Below are positions 50,057 to 62,616 of a stretch of 64,000 nucleotides of DNA, piece after piece. Every line of letters begins with the position of its first letter. Position 1 is the stretch's first letter. Under the pieces are notes generated by a model. It was not told where the DNA came from and did not search any database. It saw nothing but the letters and a program-made list of their open reading frames with translations. Source of the DNA: a virus (taxonomy: Duplodnaviria; Caudoviricetes); the IMG/VR virus record IMGVR_UViG_3300021400_000027, positions 115,788 to 179,787 of that record; one strand, 5' to 3'. A program made the translations under genes and the position numbers.

Positions 50057-50564
50057 AGAAAAGCTCCAATCTCCGTATTTAAACGGGGTAGGGGGATAAC
50101 AGCACTTGCAAGGTCTTATTTCCATGCCTTGTAGTATTCTGTTTTCTCCGTGTTTCTTAGTATGTATATATTATAACATACTTTTTGAATTTTGTCAATT
50201 GGTATTTTGCACAAACTTTGCAGAGCCAATTTGTTTATTTTGCACAACTTGCCGGCAGAAGTGCGACAGTAAACAGAGGGGAAGGGGCTTGTTGCCGTTG
50301 CCCTCTTTATCTTTACTGTAATATTATTATAGCATAGAATACGAAAAAAATCAAGTGGTATTTTCACCAAAGAATTAGAATTTTTTTGTTTATTTTTTGT
50401 GCAAGATGCCGGGGCATATACGAATCGTATAATAAATAATATTTATAGGGGGATTAAGGAAATTTATTATACGGGGAGTATATGCGCCCGGGCGCAAATT
50501 AAAAATGGCTATATTGTGTCATTTTGGGGGATATAAGAAAACGGCGGTATTCCGCCGTTTCTCC

Positions 50565-50906
50565 TTAGAACTCAATATGCTCGCCGTCATCAGTTGTATA
50601 GGGGACTCCTGTATCAGGAACTTCGTTTTTCGGAACGTCACGAATTTCTTCTATATAGCAACGGTTGCGGTATTCGTCAAGGGCTTCTTCATAACCGATT
50701 TCATCTACCAACTGTCCATATTCGTCAGCATATTCGTCATAGGCTTCGCCTTCCATGCAGTCGGCAACATAATTCTGGAAAGAAGTAAAAGCATCTTCAA
50801 GGAAGTTCTGGAATGTGGCTTCGCTGTCAGTTTCAGTCAGCTTAACATAGAAGTATGTGCCGAAATAGTCAGGGGTGTTAAAAGAAATGTACTTGTAAGT
50901 ATTCAT
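50565..50906 (-). CDS. acidic hypothetical protein
   Basis: AAGGAG RBS, promoter. Confidence 0.7.
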   Translation of the reverse strand: MNTYKYISFNTPDYFGTYFYVKLTETDSEATFQNFLEDAFTSFQNYVADCMEGEAYDEYADEYGQLVDEIGYEEALDEYRNRCYIEEIRDVPKNEVPDTGVPYTTDDGEHIEF

Positions 50907-51136
50907 AATTTTCTCCTTTACTGGTCGTGGTTTTCTTTACCTTACATATATATTATATCACAACTTTTGTCATTTGTCAATAGGTTTTTAGAAATTTATA
51001 TGATTGCACAAAAATGTTGTGCCGACTGCCTATAAATTGTGCAACTTATACAAAGAGCCCGGGCGCAAGCCCAGAAATGGCTATATTGCGTGGTTTTGTA
51101 GATACGGAAAAATCCCCCATATAGGGGGATTTCTTA

Positions 51137-51538
51137 TCAGGATTCGGATTCGTCAGCAGTTTCGGCAGTTTTGGCAGTAATGAGAGAGTAACCAATAACC
51201 TTGCCGGATTTTGCCTTAACTTCGGACTTTTCGAGTTCTCCAGCAGTGACAAGCTGTCCGAGGAGTGCGGAGGCTTTCTGTGTAGAAAAGCCCATAACAT
51301 CAGCGATTTCCTTAGCTGTATAGCAGTTGCCTACGTCCATCATTTCGAGGATTTGTGCCTTAATTTCGGCATTTTCTTTCTGTGTCTTAGTGCCGGATTC
51401 CTTACGCTTAGAGTTCTTCTTATCGAGTGCGGTCAGCATAGCCTGAGCCTTGTCGACCATTTCGGCAGTAATTTCCTTACCCTCTACAATAGCGGTCAGG
51501 AGTTCACGTTCGGTCATAGTTTTAGCTGTAGTTGCCAT
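51137..51538 (-). CDS. winged-helix DNA-binding protein (MATTAKTMTERELL family)
   Basis: close paralog of 49643-50056. Confidence 0.75.
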   Translation of the reverse strand: MATTAKTMTERELLTAIVEGKEITAEMVDKAQAMLTALDKKNSKRKESGTKTQKENAEIKAQILEMMDVGNCYTAKEIADVMGFSTQKASALLGQLVTAGELEKSEVKAKSGKVIGYSLITAKTAETADESES

Positions 51539-52154
51539 AAAAACGCTCACTTTCTTGCCTTACGGCAGTCAGGGAAATTCAGTCAGTTTCAAGGTCTTAC
51601 TTTCCGTGCCTTGTCTTTACTTTTCAATCCCTCTTGTGTTTTACTGTACTATTATTATAGCACATTTTTAAGGAAAAGTCAATTGGCAAGTTGCATAAAC
51701 TTTTTAAAGCCAATTTGTTTATTTTGCCTATCCGGAATCGGCAACCAGTCGTTCGGGGTTCTGTTCTCTTTCCCTTGACTGTATATATATTATATCATAG
51801 ATTTTTAATTTTGTCAAATTGGAGGCTGGAATTTTTCTCTATATATGGGGATAAAGTGAGGTGAAAAGTTTGTGCAGGTTGTACAAATTTCTTCACAAAT
51901 TTGATTGTGTTTTGTGCAAATTCACAGCTCACAGACGCTTTAAAAATGGCGATATATAGGCAAAAATTTTGCGCCCGGGTTTGCAGCTCACACGGAGTGA
52001 GAAATTCCGATATATGGGTAAAAAATTTTGCGCCCGGGTTGGACGCAGTCGAAGAGTGAGGGTCGGGGCCCTGATCTAGGCCAACATCTACTATTCCTAT
52101 AGGTTTAATAGGTTTTGCGCCCGGGCGCACTTTAGTGCATTAAAATGGTGCGTA

Positions 52155-53211
52155 TTAACGCACCGGGTCAGAGGCCGCCTTTTCATCTTCCTCTCTCCAG
52201 AGGAGAGCCTGCAGGCACACCTCAAAGGTGGCGGCAAAGCTTTCCGCCTGCGTATGACCGTTTTTTGGACAGTCATATTCGCCGTATTCGGCATCAACTT
52301 CTGCCAACATCAGGCGGATAGCCATTTCATGGGTGAGCGGCTGATTGTTGAAAGTAATATTTGTAAACATAAGCTTGTACCTCCTTAAGGTAGAGAAAAA
52401 GAATTTAATTTTATTGTGGTTAGACCATGCCCCTCCGGTCTAACCGTGCCCGCATTCAGAGAGAGTAATCTCAATCCCTTGCGCCCCTAAGGGGTGGGCT
52501 GTGGCGCAGAATTGACGTTCTGTCAACTCAATTATTATATTCAGTTGTGGGTATCACATGGGATAGTACCTCCTATTCAGTTTTAGATGGAGACCGGAGA
52601 GCCGTCAGGCGGCTGCCGCCGTTGCTGTCCGTTCCCTTACCTTGTATATATATTATACCATACAATTTAGGATTTGTCAAGAGCTTTTTGAAAAAATTTT
52701 TAAGTTTGTGCAATCTGCACAGCTGCCTGACCTGATGTATTGAAAACTTTCAGCATCTTGCACAAACCGCCCGGGCGCAATAACTCTCTGTATAATAAGA
52801 AAAGCCCCCATAAAGAGGGCTTTTTTAATAGTCTGTAACGCCTAAATAGCCGTGTTCATCATATACAGCGGAATAATCTTCATCATAAGCCTTATCTATA
52901 TCATAATTACCATAATGATTATCAATAAATACGGTCAAATTCTTTCCTTCATAGTCTATGTCAAGTGACTTAATTTCCTTTATTTCGTCATCTTCACGGT
53001 CTGAAAAATATTCTTCAATATATTCATCATCAATATAATAATTCATAATATCATAGTTATCATTTTCATATCTCCAGCCGGAAATGGAAGCCTTTGCCTT
53101 TTCTTCTGTTGTGAAAATTCCTCTAATTGTAATAGTTGGATAGCTAACGTTTCCAGTCCAAGAGGGGGTATAATCATCATCATCTGTAACATAGGGGATA
53201 TAAAGCATCAT
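52155..53211 (-). other. cassette CDS, hypothetical: 52155-52370, 52825-53211
   Basis: RBS and minus-strand promoters. Confidence 0.65.
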
Positions 53212-53696
53212 AGAATACCTACTTTCTCATTTTATAGTCTTTGTTGACTTTGCTTTGTCTTTACCTTACATTATATATTATATCACATCTTTTTTAATTT
53301 GTCAATAGTCAAATTGCACAAATTTTTGTAAGATAGAGGAGTAACTAAAGTTTTTGCGGGACTGTTCCTACAGAGCCTTACGGAGTCTGCCCTTTAGGTA
53401 CTCTCTCTTTACCTTACAATAATATTATATCACATCTTTTTTAATTTGTCAATAGTCATTTTGCACAAAGTTCTTATACTATTTTTGTGCAATTTGCTGA
53501 GCCCGGGCGGTTTGTGCAAGTTGCATAAAGAATAGACATTTGAAAGTCTTGAATTTGTGCAAAACGTAGAAACAAAAATTTTTTTTAAAAACCCCTTGAC
53601 AAATCACAAGAAATGTGATATAATTAGTACATAAGGTAAGGGGAACGAACCCCACATACACTAACCGGACGTACTGTCCAGAATGGAGAATAATCT

Positions 53697-56600
53697 ATGA
53701 ATACTTATGTTATCTGCTACAAGTCCGTTAAGCCCTCTGTTTACAATAAGGGTACTAAGTGGGAAACTACATGCGACAGATTTCTGCTCTGTGAATGCGG
53801 TTCTAAGGAAACGGCTGAAAAGGTACTTGCTGACCTGACTGCAAATCCTGAAAAAATCGCTAAGTTTGGCGTAAATCCGGCAGTAGTTGCCTCTCTCTTT
53901 ATTAGCTATCAAGAAGCCATGTATTGAGAAAAAGCCCCCTATATGGGGCTTTTCTTGATATACTAAACCTACTAAAACCATAGGAGTAATAGGCTTTGCG
54001 CCCGGGCGGTTTTGTTCAAATTGAACAAAACCGCATGCAGATTTGTTAAAAATCTTTGTGCATTTTGACTATTGACAAATTAGTCTGGATATGATATAAT
54101 AATAATGTAAGGTAAAGACAAACACTAAATCAAAAAGGAGAAATTAACTATGTTGAATGTTACTATCTTTAAGGCTTCCGACTTCCGTTATATCGAAACA
54201 GCAGAGGTTGCTGAATCCGAATTTTTCGCTTACGTCCGTTCCCTGATTGAAGAATACGGCTGTCAGGTTGTTGTTGACGTGGAAGAATGCGGTGACGTAC
54301 AAATCACTATCTATGACGACTATCTGGAATAAGGAAATGGGCGAGAAATCGCCCTTTTCTCCATGTTGCGCAGTTAGCATAAGCTAACTGCGCCCGGGCG
54401 GTTTGTGCAATTTGTCTAAATACAATAAACTTTTTTGTGCAATGTGACAAATTTTTAAAAAGGGCTTGACAAATTCTAAAAGTTGTGGTATAATAAATAC
54501 ATAAGGTAAAGCAAAGAGCATAAATGCTCAAATAAAGAAAGTAGAGGTAATTTATTATGAACACTTTAACAAAGACTTTAACAGATTTATACACAATTTT
54601 CGCTAAGTACGGAATTTTCTTTGCAGTCACAAGAGATTCTATCGATTGGATTACTATTGATATTGACAATAACTTTTGCACAGATTATGACGCTTTTTAC
54701 AATGCTATTGCTGATTATGTGAATTCTGTTAATACTTTAACTGGTAAGGGAATCAATGACTATCATAATTGGAGAGGGGCTTATATAATAGACTTTTCTG
54801 ATTTGACTATTATGATTGATTGAGGACAAAGAAACGGCTAGAAATAGCCGTTTTTTAAATTCTATAGTTAGCATAGACTGACCGCCCGGGCTCTTTGTGC
54901 AATATGTATAATTTAATTGATAGTTTAACTTTCTTTTTGTGCAAAGTAACAAATTAAAAAAAATTTCAAAAAACCCCTTGACAAATTCTAAAAGTTGTGG
55001 TATAATAAATACATAAGGTAAAGGAAAACAACTTGAAAGGTTAAGGTGTTAATTATGTTAAGTTTATCAGATTATCGTGCTTTAGAATCTTGTTATCTTG
55101 CTGAATTAAGTCCTTGTGCAGGCAGTGTAATGATAACTTGTGATTTAAGAAAGACCTCTTTTGACTATGACGAATATAAAGCCCAAATCAGCAGACATAC
55201 CAGAGAGGTAAAAGAAACTCTTGAAATGCTCGGATTTAAGCTGATACAGAAGCGTACATGGGGATTAAAATATTCTGACATATACGGGCATACGGTCATG
55301 TTTATTGAGATATAAGGATACAAAATATATAAGAAACGGCTAGAGATAGCCGTTTTTTAAGTTTTATAGTTAGCATAAGCTGACTGCGCCCGGGCGCATT
55401 GTGCAACTTGTATACTTTATTCAATATATAGTGTTGCCTTTTGTGCAAAATGCTGATTTTTCAAAAAGCCCTTGACATTTGCTCTAATATGTGCTATAAT
55501 ATATAATGTAAGGTAAAGAGAAACAACGACAAAGAAAAGAGGTACGCTTATGAAGAATAACGCTTACAAAAAGAATACTATGGGCAAATGGGTTTCTGAC
55601 ATCTATAATAAGAGAACCCGTGTCAAGGTTGCTAATCGCCGTGTACGCCGTTCCGGCAAGAATGTTAAGGAGGATGCTGATAATGCGTAAGATTGATTAT
55701 GTATCTGTATTTCTGTGTGCTATCGCCGCAGGTCTGTGTTGGATTGGAAATCCGCTTGCAAGTTTCGTATTTGTGGTAAATTCTGCAATCGGACTGACTG
55801 ACAGCATTAAGGGAAAAGTAATTGCTCCGGCACTTATTAACGGAATTTTCCTTGCCTTGAATTTCGGCTGTTCTGTAGAGTTCTTATTGTCGTTTTAAGG
55901 AGGTAAAGCATATGTATAATGTAGTTGAGAAAATCGGTTCTATTCGCCTGACAATTCATTCCACTAAAGACAAGGCTTCAGCGGAACGCATTGCACAGCA
56001 ACTCCAGAAACTTCACAAAGACCGCACAATTATTGTGACGAAAGCTAAAAAGCCCTAAACATAGGGCTTTCTGGGCTTGCGCCCGGGCGCATCGTCATTT
56101 TGCACAAATTCAACACTTAAAGTTTGTGCATTTTGCGAATAGACAAATCCCTGAAAATATGCTATAATATATATACAGTCAAGGGAAAGACTGAATAAAA
56201 GAAATGAGAGGTACACTTCTATGAGTATTATTAAAGCTGTCCGCTGTCTGCTTGCATTCGTCAACATTAAAAGCCATTATGACCTTTTCTATGGTACTCT
56301 GTGCGGTAACACGACTTATTCTGTAGGCTATGACGAATTTCGTAACGCTCTGTATATGAAATTCAGAGAGGTTTACGGTCACAAGGATTCTGAAACAATG
56401 ACCGACAAAACACTGACCGTATTTACTGACAACGGCTGTATTAAGTATGACACAATCAAAGATAGATATTATATGACTGTCAACTTCTATGGTATCGGAA
56501 AATAAGAGGGGCTTTGTCCCCTCTACACTCTAAGGAGGAAAGCTTATGTATTTAATTTTAATTCTGCTTGCTGTTGTCTGCTATTTGCGTTCTGTTTGCT

Positions 56601-56752
56601 TTGACGTGGTTTTTGAAAGCAAGTACGCTTATAAAATTTATAACTATGAATACGGTCATTTATATATTACTCTGTCTACTAAGCCGGAATATTACTCACA
56701 GTTTAAGAAAGTCGCTGGCTGGCAACCGGAAATTACTAAGCGTATATTCTAA
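53697..56752 (+). other. cassette CDS, hypothetical: 53697-53927, 54150-54332, 54557-54823, 55046-55315, about 55683-55898, 56221-56505, 56546-56752 plus very short ORFs
   Basis: each downstream of a consensus promoter and RBS. Confidence 0.65.
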
Positions 56753-56855
56753 AAAATGGCGATATAAGGGCAAAATTGCCCTTGCGCCCGGGCGGCTTTA
56801 CGCTTTAAAGTGCTAAAGTGTAGGGAAAAGTCCCCACACAAGGTGGGGACACGCT

Positions 56856-58141
56856 TTAGCAAGTGAAATCAGGAGTAAATTCAACGTCCTTGCCGTCCGG
56901 AGAGATGCCGGATTCGGCTTCCTTACGGCGTTTTTCAACCGCCTTGCGGAGTTCGTCGTCAAACTTTTCAAGTTCACGGCGAGAAGTGAAAGTAATCTTC
57001 ACACCAGAGGGGAGGGTACGGGTAACGGGTGTTCTCAGTACGTCTTTCATGAGAAATACTCCAATCTCTGCATATAGCAGTGATAAGGCTTTGGGTAGAG
57101 AGAGTATCGGGTTTTCGTTCCGTTCCTCTCTTTCCCCTTACTACTCTTATATTATATCATACTTTTAAAGAAAAGTCAATAGGTTTTTTGCTGTTTCTCT
57201 GTTTTGCACAAAAGATTATTTATAGAGGGGAGCTGATTGTGCAACTTGCACAAATGCGCCCGGGCGCAATAAATTTGATTTATAAACATCATAAGCCCTC
57301 TTAATAGAGGGCTAAGATGTTAAAAGCTCCATTGTTGAGGGTCTACAATACCAAAACGACAGGTGCAAGAGAATGGGGCATAATATGGACATTCATCACA
57401 GCAAGACATAGAACGACAAAGTTCTTTAATCATTTTAACTGGTTCTTCTATATCTCCGCCGACTTTACTTACAATTTGTTCATATTTTTGACAAGCTTTT
57501 TTAGTGGAAAATTCCAGTCCGTCTTCTGCAATATAAGTAGTTACTTCTTTCATGGTTAATACCAGCCTTTCAATTTTGTTTTGTGGTTTTCTTTACCTTA
57601 CATATATATTATACCACAACTTCTATAATTTGTCAATAGGCTTTTTTAAGATTTGTATACTTGCACAAATTAGAGGGGCATAAATTGTATATTTTGCACA
57701 AATGCGCCCGGGCGCAGATTTTGGGGTGGGGATAAGGGCTAAAAATAGCCCTTAATCCCACTTAGACTGCTGGATAAATGCTGTTCTTGCCATGCACTTA
57801 TAACACCACATGTGCTTCTGGTGTCCCTCTCCAGTTCTATGACTTGACTTCTTGTATGCGATTGCCTTAGTACCGCATACGGAACACTTAAAAACTCTCT
57901 CTACTACAGTTCTCTTTCTCATTGTGTTTTCCTCACTTTCTTATCTTGTGGCAGATTCTAACAGATTATAGTACAGAACAAATGCATTGTATTCAGAGGG
58001 GTATTCATAATGCTTTTCATTGTGCAGATTTACGTCTATAAAAGACCAGAAAATCCATACCCAGAAAATAACCGCAATTGTAGCACCTACAAACTTGCTA
58101 AAATTTTTCCAACTGAAATGACGACCTCTCATTTGAGCCAT
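56856..58141 (-). other. cassette CDS, hypothetical: 56856-57050, 57320-57553, 57941-58141
   Basis: minus-strand promoters in each cassette. Confidence 0.65.
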
Positions 58142-58537
58142 CTCCTTTCCTTTACTGTACTTATATTATATCATAAAATTTTAATTTTGTCAAGGGCTTT
58201 TTCAAAAATTTTTTAAGTTTGTGCAATTTGTATAGTTTTTTAGAGGGGTCTGTTTATTTTTTAGGCGGATTGCACAAATCCGCCCGGGCGCAACAACTTT
58301 TACTTATAGGGTCTAAAAAATTTCTTATCAATAATAATAAGTATGGGGTCTTAAAAATTTGACTTATCTATCAAAATTATTTATGATATTATAGGGATTG
58401 AACATGAAGAAAAGTGAACAGAAATTAAATAAAAGTTTGTGTATAATGACTATTGACTTTCAAATAAAAATATGGTATAATTATATTACAGTCAAGGGAA
58501 AGACTGATAATAAAAAGAAAGTTAGAGGTAAATTTTT

Positions 58538-59008
58538 ATGGGTATTATTTCTATTTTAACGTCTGCTGTTGCTGTTCTGAATATGGTAAAGCCTATTCCG
58601 GCTGATAATTATTATAGCTGGTATTCAGAAGAAATTGCTGAAAGTATCATGGAGACTGTTGTTGCTAACGAATATTATCCTCATTTGGATTTTAATGGTG
58701 ATGGTGTACTGTCTGTAGTAGATGCTGTTTCTGTCCGTAAGCGTTATATTTATAATGTGCTGAATGGAAATACAATGCACTTTGGTGAATCTGATGTTAT
58801 GGAAATTGTAGCAGAAAACTTTAAGCCGGAAGAATACAACGAATATTTTTATTATGAAATTGATTTCGTTAATGGTGAATGCTGTCGTGCCTATGAACTG
58901 GACTTTTCAGAAACTGCATATATTCATGTGTATATGGAGATGAACGAAAAAACGGCTGATTTTAGCGTTTTAATCAGACCTACAGAAGAATCTTATCAGG
59001 TGTATTAA
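58538..59008 (+). CDS. exported protein with one dockerin-type Ca-binding repeat
   Basis: hydrophobic N-terminus; DFNGDGVLSVVDAVSVRKR. Confidence 0.6.
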   Translation: MGIISILTSAVAVLNMVKPIPADNYYSWYSEEIAESIMETVVANEYYPHLDFNGDGVLSVVDAVSVRKRYIYNVLNGNTMHFGESDVMEIVAENFKPEEYNEYFYYEIDFVNGECCRAYELDFSETAYIHVYMEMNEKTADFSVLIRPTEESYQVY

Positions 59009-59194
59009 ATGGCTAAATATGGGGCAAAATTGCCCCCGCGCCCGGGCGCATAGGCAGATTGCACAAATTTATGTATGGCGGCGAAAGGAAAGTTTGTGCA
59101 ATTTGACTATTGACAAATTTCTTAAAATATGATATAATTATATTACAGTCAAGGGAAAGACTGGAATAAATTAAAGAAAGAGTAGGTACACAAT

Positions 59195-61738
59195 ATGGAT
59201 TTAATGAGATGCGAAATTTGCAAGCGGTACTGTAACTATGATAATTCTGTCGGCAAAGAAAATTATATTGTCTGCAATGACTGCTATAATGCTGTTACAG
59301 AAGATTTCATTAAGACTAACAAGAATCTCTGTCCTGAAGATGTTGCAAGACTGATTCCGTTGCAAATTCTCTTTATGCTGTCTGATGTTCGGAAAAACAA
59401 TAAATAATTGAGAGGAGAAATTTAAAATGACAAAGCTTGATTTATACAATAAGCTGAATGGAATGATTAACAGCGGTACAATTCACTGTAGAATTAAGTG
59501 GGAGTATGATACAATTAGTGTGACTTATCCGCTTGGTAGTGGTGAAGATATTGAACAAATCGTGCTGGATTTAATTGAAGATGAAGATTTCACCTATGGA
59601 AGCTGGAAATACGAACATTATATTCTTATTGAAATTAATTAAAATTTTAAATAGCAGAACGTAGCTCACTGGAGTTGCGTTCTGCCATTTTGTAGCTCAT
59701 AAACGTAGCTCACAGAGACTTTTAAAATTTGGCGAATTATGGGGATAAATTTTGCGCCCGGGTGAAATTTAGAGGTCGAAGGGGGGAAAATAGGATCGGT
59801 CCCTGGTTAGCCTAGGCTAACTAAAATCGTAGAAACAGCGTAGAATAGCCATTCGCTCGAATTAGCCTATGCTAACTTACAAAACAACGTAGAATAGCCA
59901 TTTCAAGGTCTCTAGTTAGTCTATGCTAACTCAAATGTTTCACGTGGAACATTCGTCATTTTGCACAAAAATTGTTGAAAACTTTCTCCATTAAAATTTT
60001 TTATTCAGCTACTACTATTTTTTATAGTGTTCCGCTCAACCGGAAAAATTTTGCGAGCCTGATTATTAAAATTAAATACAAAGTTGTGCAATTTGCATAA
60101 TACAGATACTTTAATTTGTACAGTTTTTGTGCAAAGTGTAAAAATTAAAAAAATTTCAAAAAAAGTATTGACAAACGCTTGAATATGTGATATAATAGTA
60201 AATGTAGAGAGGGGAAATACCCCAAAACATATTTAAAGAAAGTGGGTTGTCTATATGAAAAATCTGAATGAAATGACTGTAGCAGAAAAGAAAGAATTAC
60301 TTGTTAAATGTGGTGAAATTTACCACGAATACAGCAAGTCCGAAAAGTACCTGATTGCATTCCAGAATACAGACGGCAATATCTATGGTGTACTGATTGA
60401 CTTTTCTGCTTTCTGGAAATTTGCTAAACTGGATAAGGCAAGCGGTAGCAGTAACGGTGGAAAAATAATAATCCGTGCTAACACTGGATTGAAAAATTTA
60501 CTTGCATTAAATCCGTTTCTTCTTTGCACTCAAACTCAATGGAATGAAACAACCGGAAAAACAAACGGAAACAAACTTGAAACACTGTTTAATAAAACTC
60601 CTGACAACAAAAATTTTGCACAAAGTCCTGACATTATTTATAATGGATATGCAACGCAATTGAAATTTTTTGGTAAAAGTGCAAGTAATGTTTGTCCGGT
60701 AGCACTTCTTGAAAAACTTTCTGGAAAATCCCTTATTTAAGGGATTTCCGGATACTATGCAAACTGCACAAATTAAACTGTTGAAATTGTGCAGTTTGCA
60801 CAAACTTAAAAAAATTTCAAAAAAGCCCTTGACAAATCCTTAAAAGTATGCTATAATAAATACATAAGGTAAAGCAAAGAGCATAAATGCTCAAATAAAG
60901 AAAGTAGAGGTAAAGACTTATGACAAAGGCAACTGAAACAAAAATCGAAATGGTAAAAGCTGAATTTGGCGGTAACTGGTTCACTGCTAAGGCTGTCAAG
61001 AATCTGCTTAACTCTGATTTCATCAGAACTCTTGTAAAGAATGTTCCTGAAATCGTAATTGATAAGCAGACTGTTGAAATCGAAATTTCCGGCACTGAAT
61101 ACGCTGAATTTATGGCGAAATATGGCGACAAAATGGACACGGTAAATTTTGGGGGCGTGGGCATGTGCTACACTGAAAACGGAAAATATTATAACAAGCG
61201 GACTGAAACAAGATACAGATTTCCGGAATAAGTCCGGAAATCCCCTGAAATAGTCCTTCCGCTCAAACGAATAGCAGAATGCACAAAAGACTGTTTAGAA
61301 ATTGTGCATTCTGCACAAATCGAAAAATTTTTAAAAAAATTTCAAAAAAGCCCTTGACAAATCCTTAAAAGTATGCTATAATAGATACATAAGGAAAAGG
61401 GAAAAGCCCTTAAAGAAAACAAGCCGGACAAAGTCCAGAAAGTGAGATTGATTTATATGCTGTATGGTGTAAGCACTATTTTAGAAAACTTGTTTGAAAT
61501 GAATCTTGTAAGTAAGATTGAATCAAAAGAAGTTGATTTCTATTTCCAGATTGGTGAAAAAGGTATGTATGGATACGATTTAATTCAAGAGGTTATGAAA
61601 ACAGAAAATGACTTAATTCAGGAGTTAAAAAATTTAGGATTTGAAAAGACTGATTTTATTTGTGAAGAATATGCAGACGAATACACAAACTATATTTATA
61701 CAGTAAGAATCAGAAATGCAGTTTTTGCTAATAATTAA
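59195..61738 (+). other. cassette CDS, hypothetical: 59195-59407, 59427-59642, 60255-60740, 60920-61231, about 61457-61738
   Basis: promoter + RBS + terminator each. Confidence 0.65.
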
Positions 61739-62616
61739 AAAGAGGGGCTTTATCCCCTCTTTACCAAAAACGGAAACGGAAACGGAAAACGGCTGAAAAC
61801 AGCCGTTTTTCCAATTCAAAAAGTTAGCCTATGCTAACTCTATGTTTTTTGAGCGGAAAATTTACAATTTGTTCATATTTGGTTCAGTTAGCCTCTGCTA
61901 ATGGAGCAAAATGCACAAAATTTTTTAAAAAAGTTGAAAATTTTTGTGTAAATTGTACAATTTTTTCGCTGAACATATGTTCGCTGAGTGAGTTAGCAAA
62001 GGCTAACTAAAATCTCTGAAACCTCGCAATATAGCCATTTCTGGTTGTTAGCTGGTAGAAACTGCGCCGATCGTGTCAAAAATTTTGTAAGCTGTTATTT
62101 GATGAGTTAGCAAAGGCTAACTCGATACCTTAAAAATGGCTATATATAGCCATCTGAGCAAGTAAGTTAGTGAAACGAAAAATTAGAAATTTTAACTAAT
62201 TCATATTTACTATTTGTAATATTCAAAAAATGAGTGCGAAAAATGGCTGTATATAGCCATTTTTCGCTTTTGCTATTATACTCTGAGTATAGGTATATAG
62301 TCAGGTTTCGTTTTTCCGTTCCCAGTCCGGTGTACCGTTGTTGTAGAAACTCTTTATTGTTTCCCTTGACTGTAATTCTATTATATCACATTTCCGCTCG
62401 TTTGTCAAGTACTTTTTGCAAATTTTTTTGAAATTTTTGAAATTTGTGCAAATTGCACAAAACAATCATGAAATTGTTGAAAACTTTATACAAGTTGCAC
62501 AAACTTAAAAAAATTCTAATTTTTTTTAAAAAAAGGCTTGACAAATCCTTAAAAGTATGATATAATATATACATAAGGTAAAGGAAAACACAACAAATTG
62601 AAATGAGGTCGATTTT

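Larger units (their letters stand above)
39659..59765. repeat. array of 34 GCCCGGG(C) palindromic sites delimiting promoter-gene-terminator cassettes
   Basis: sites at about 39659, 39750, 40051, 40731, 41576, 42046, 42697, 43315, 44537, 45272, 45924, 46327, 47026, 47665, 48731, 49474, 50485, 51057, 51972, 52031, 52118, 52768, 53501, 53999, 54391, 54883, 55387, 56080, 56785, 57257, 57705, 58281, 59039, 59755. Confidence 0.85.

Noticed and set aside
46956-51778. Long + strand ORFs such as 46956-47495, 48728-49210, 50505-51035 and 51353-51778
   Set aside because: Antisense shadows of minus-strand cassette genes that have promoters and RBSs.
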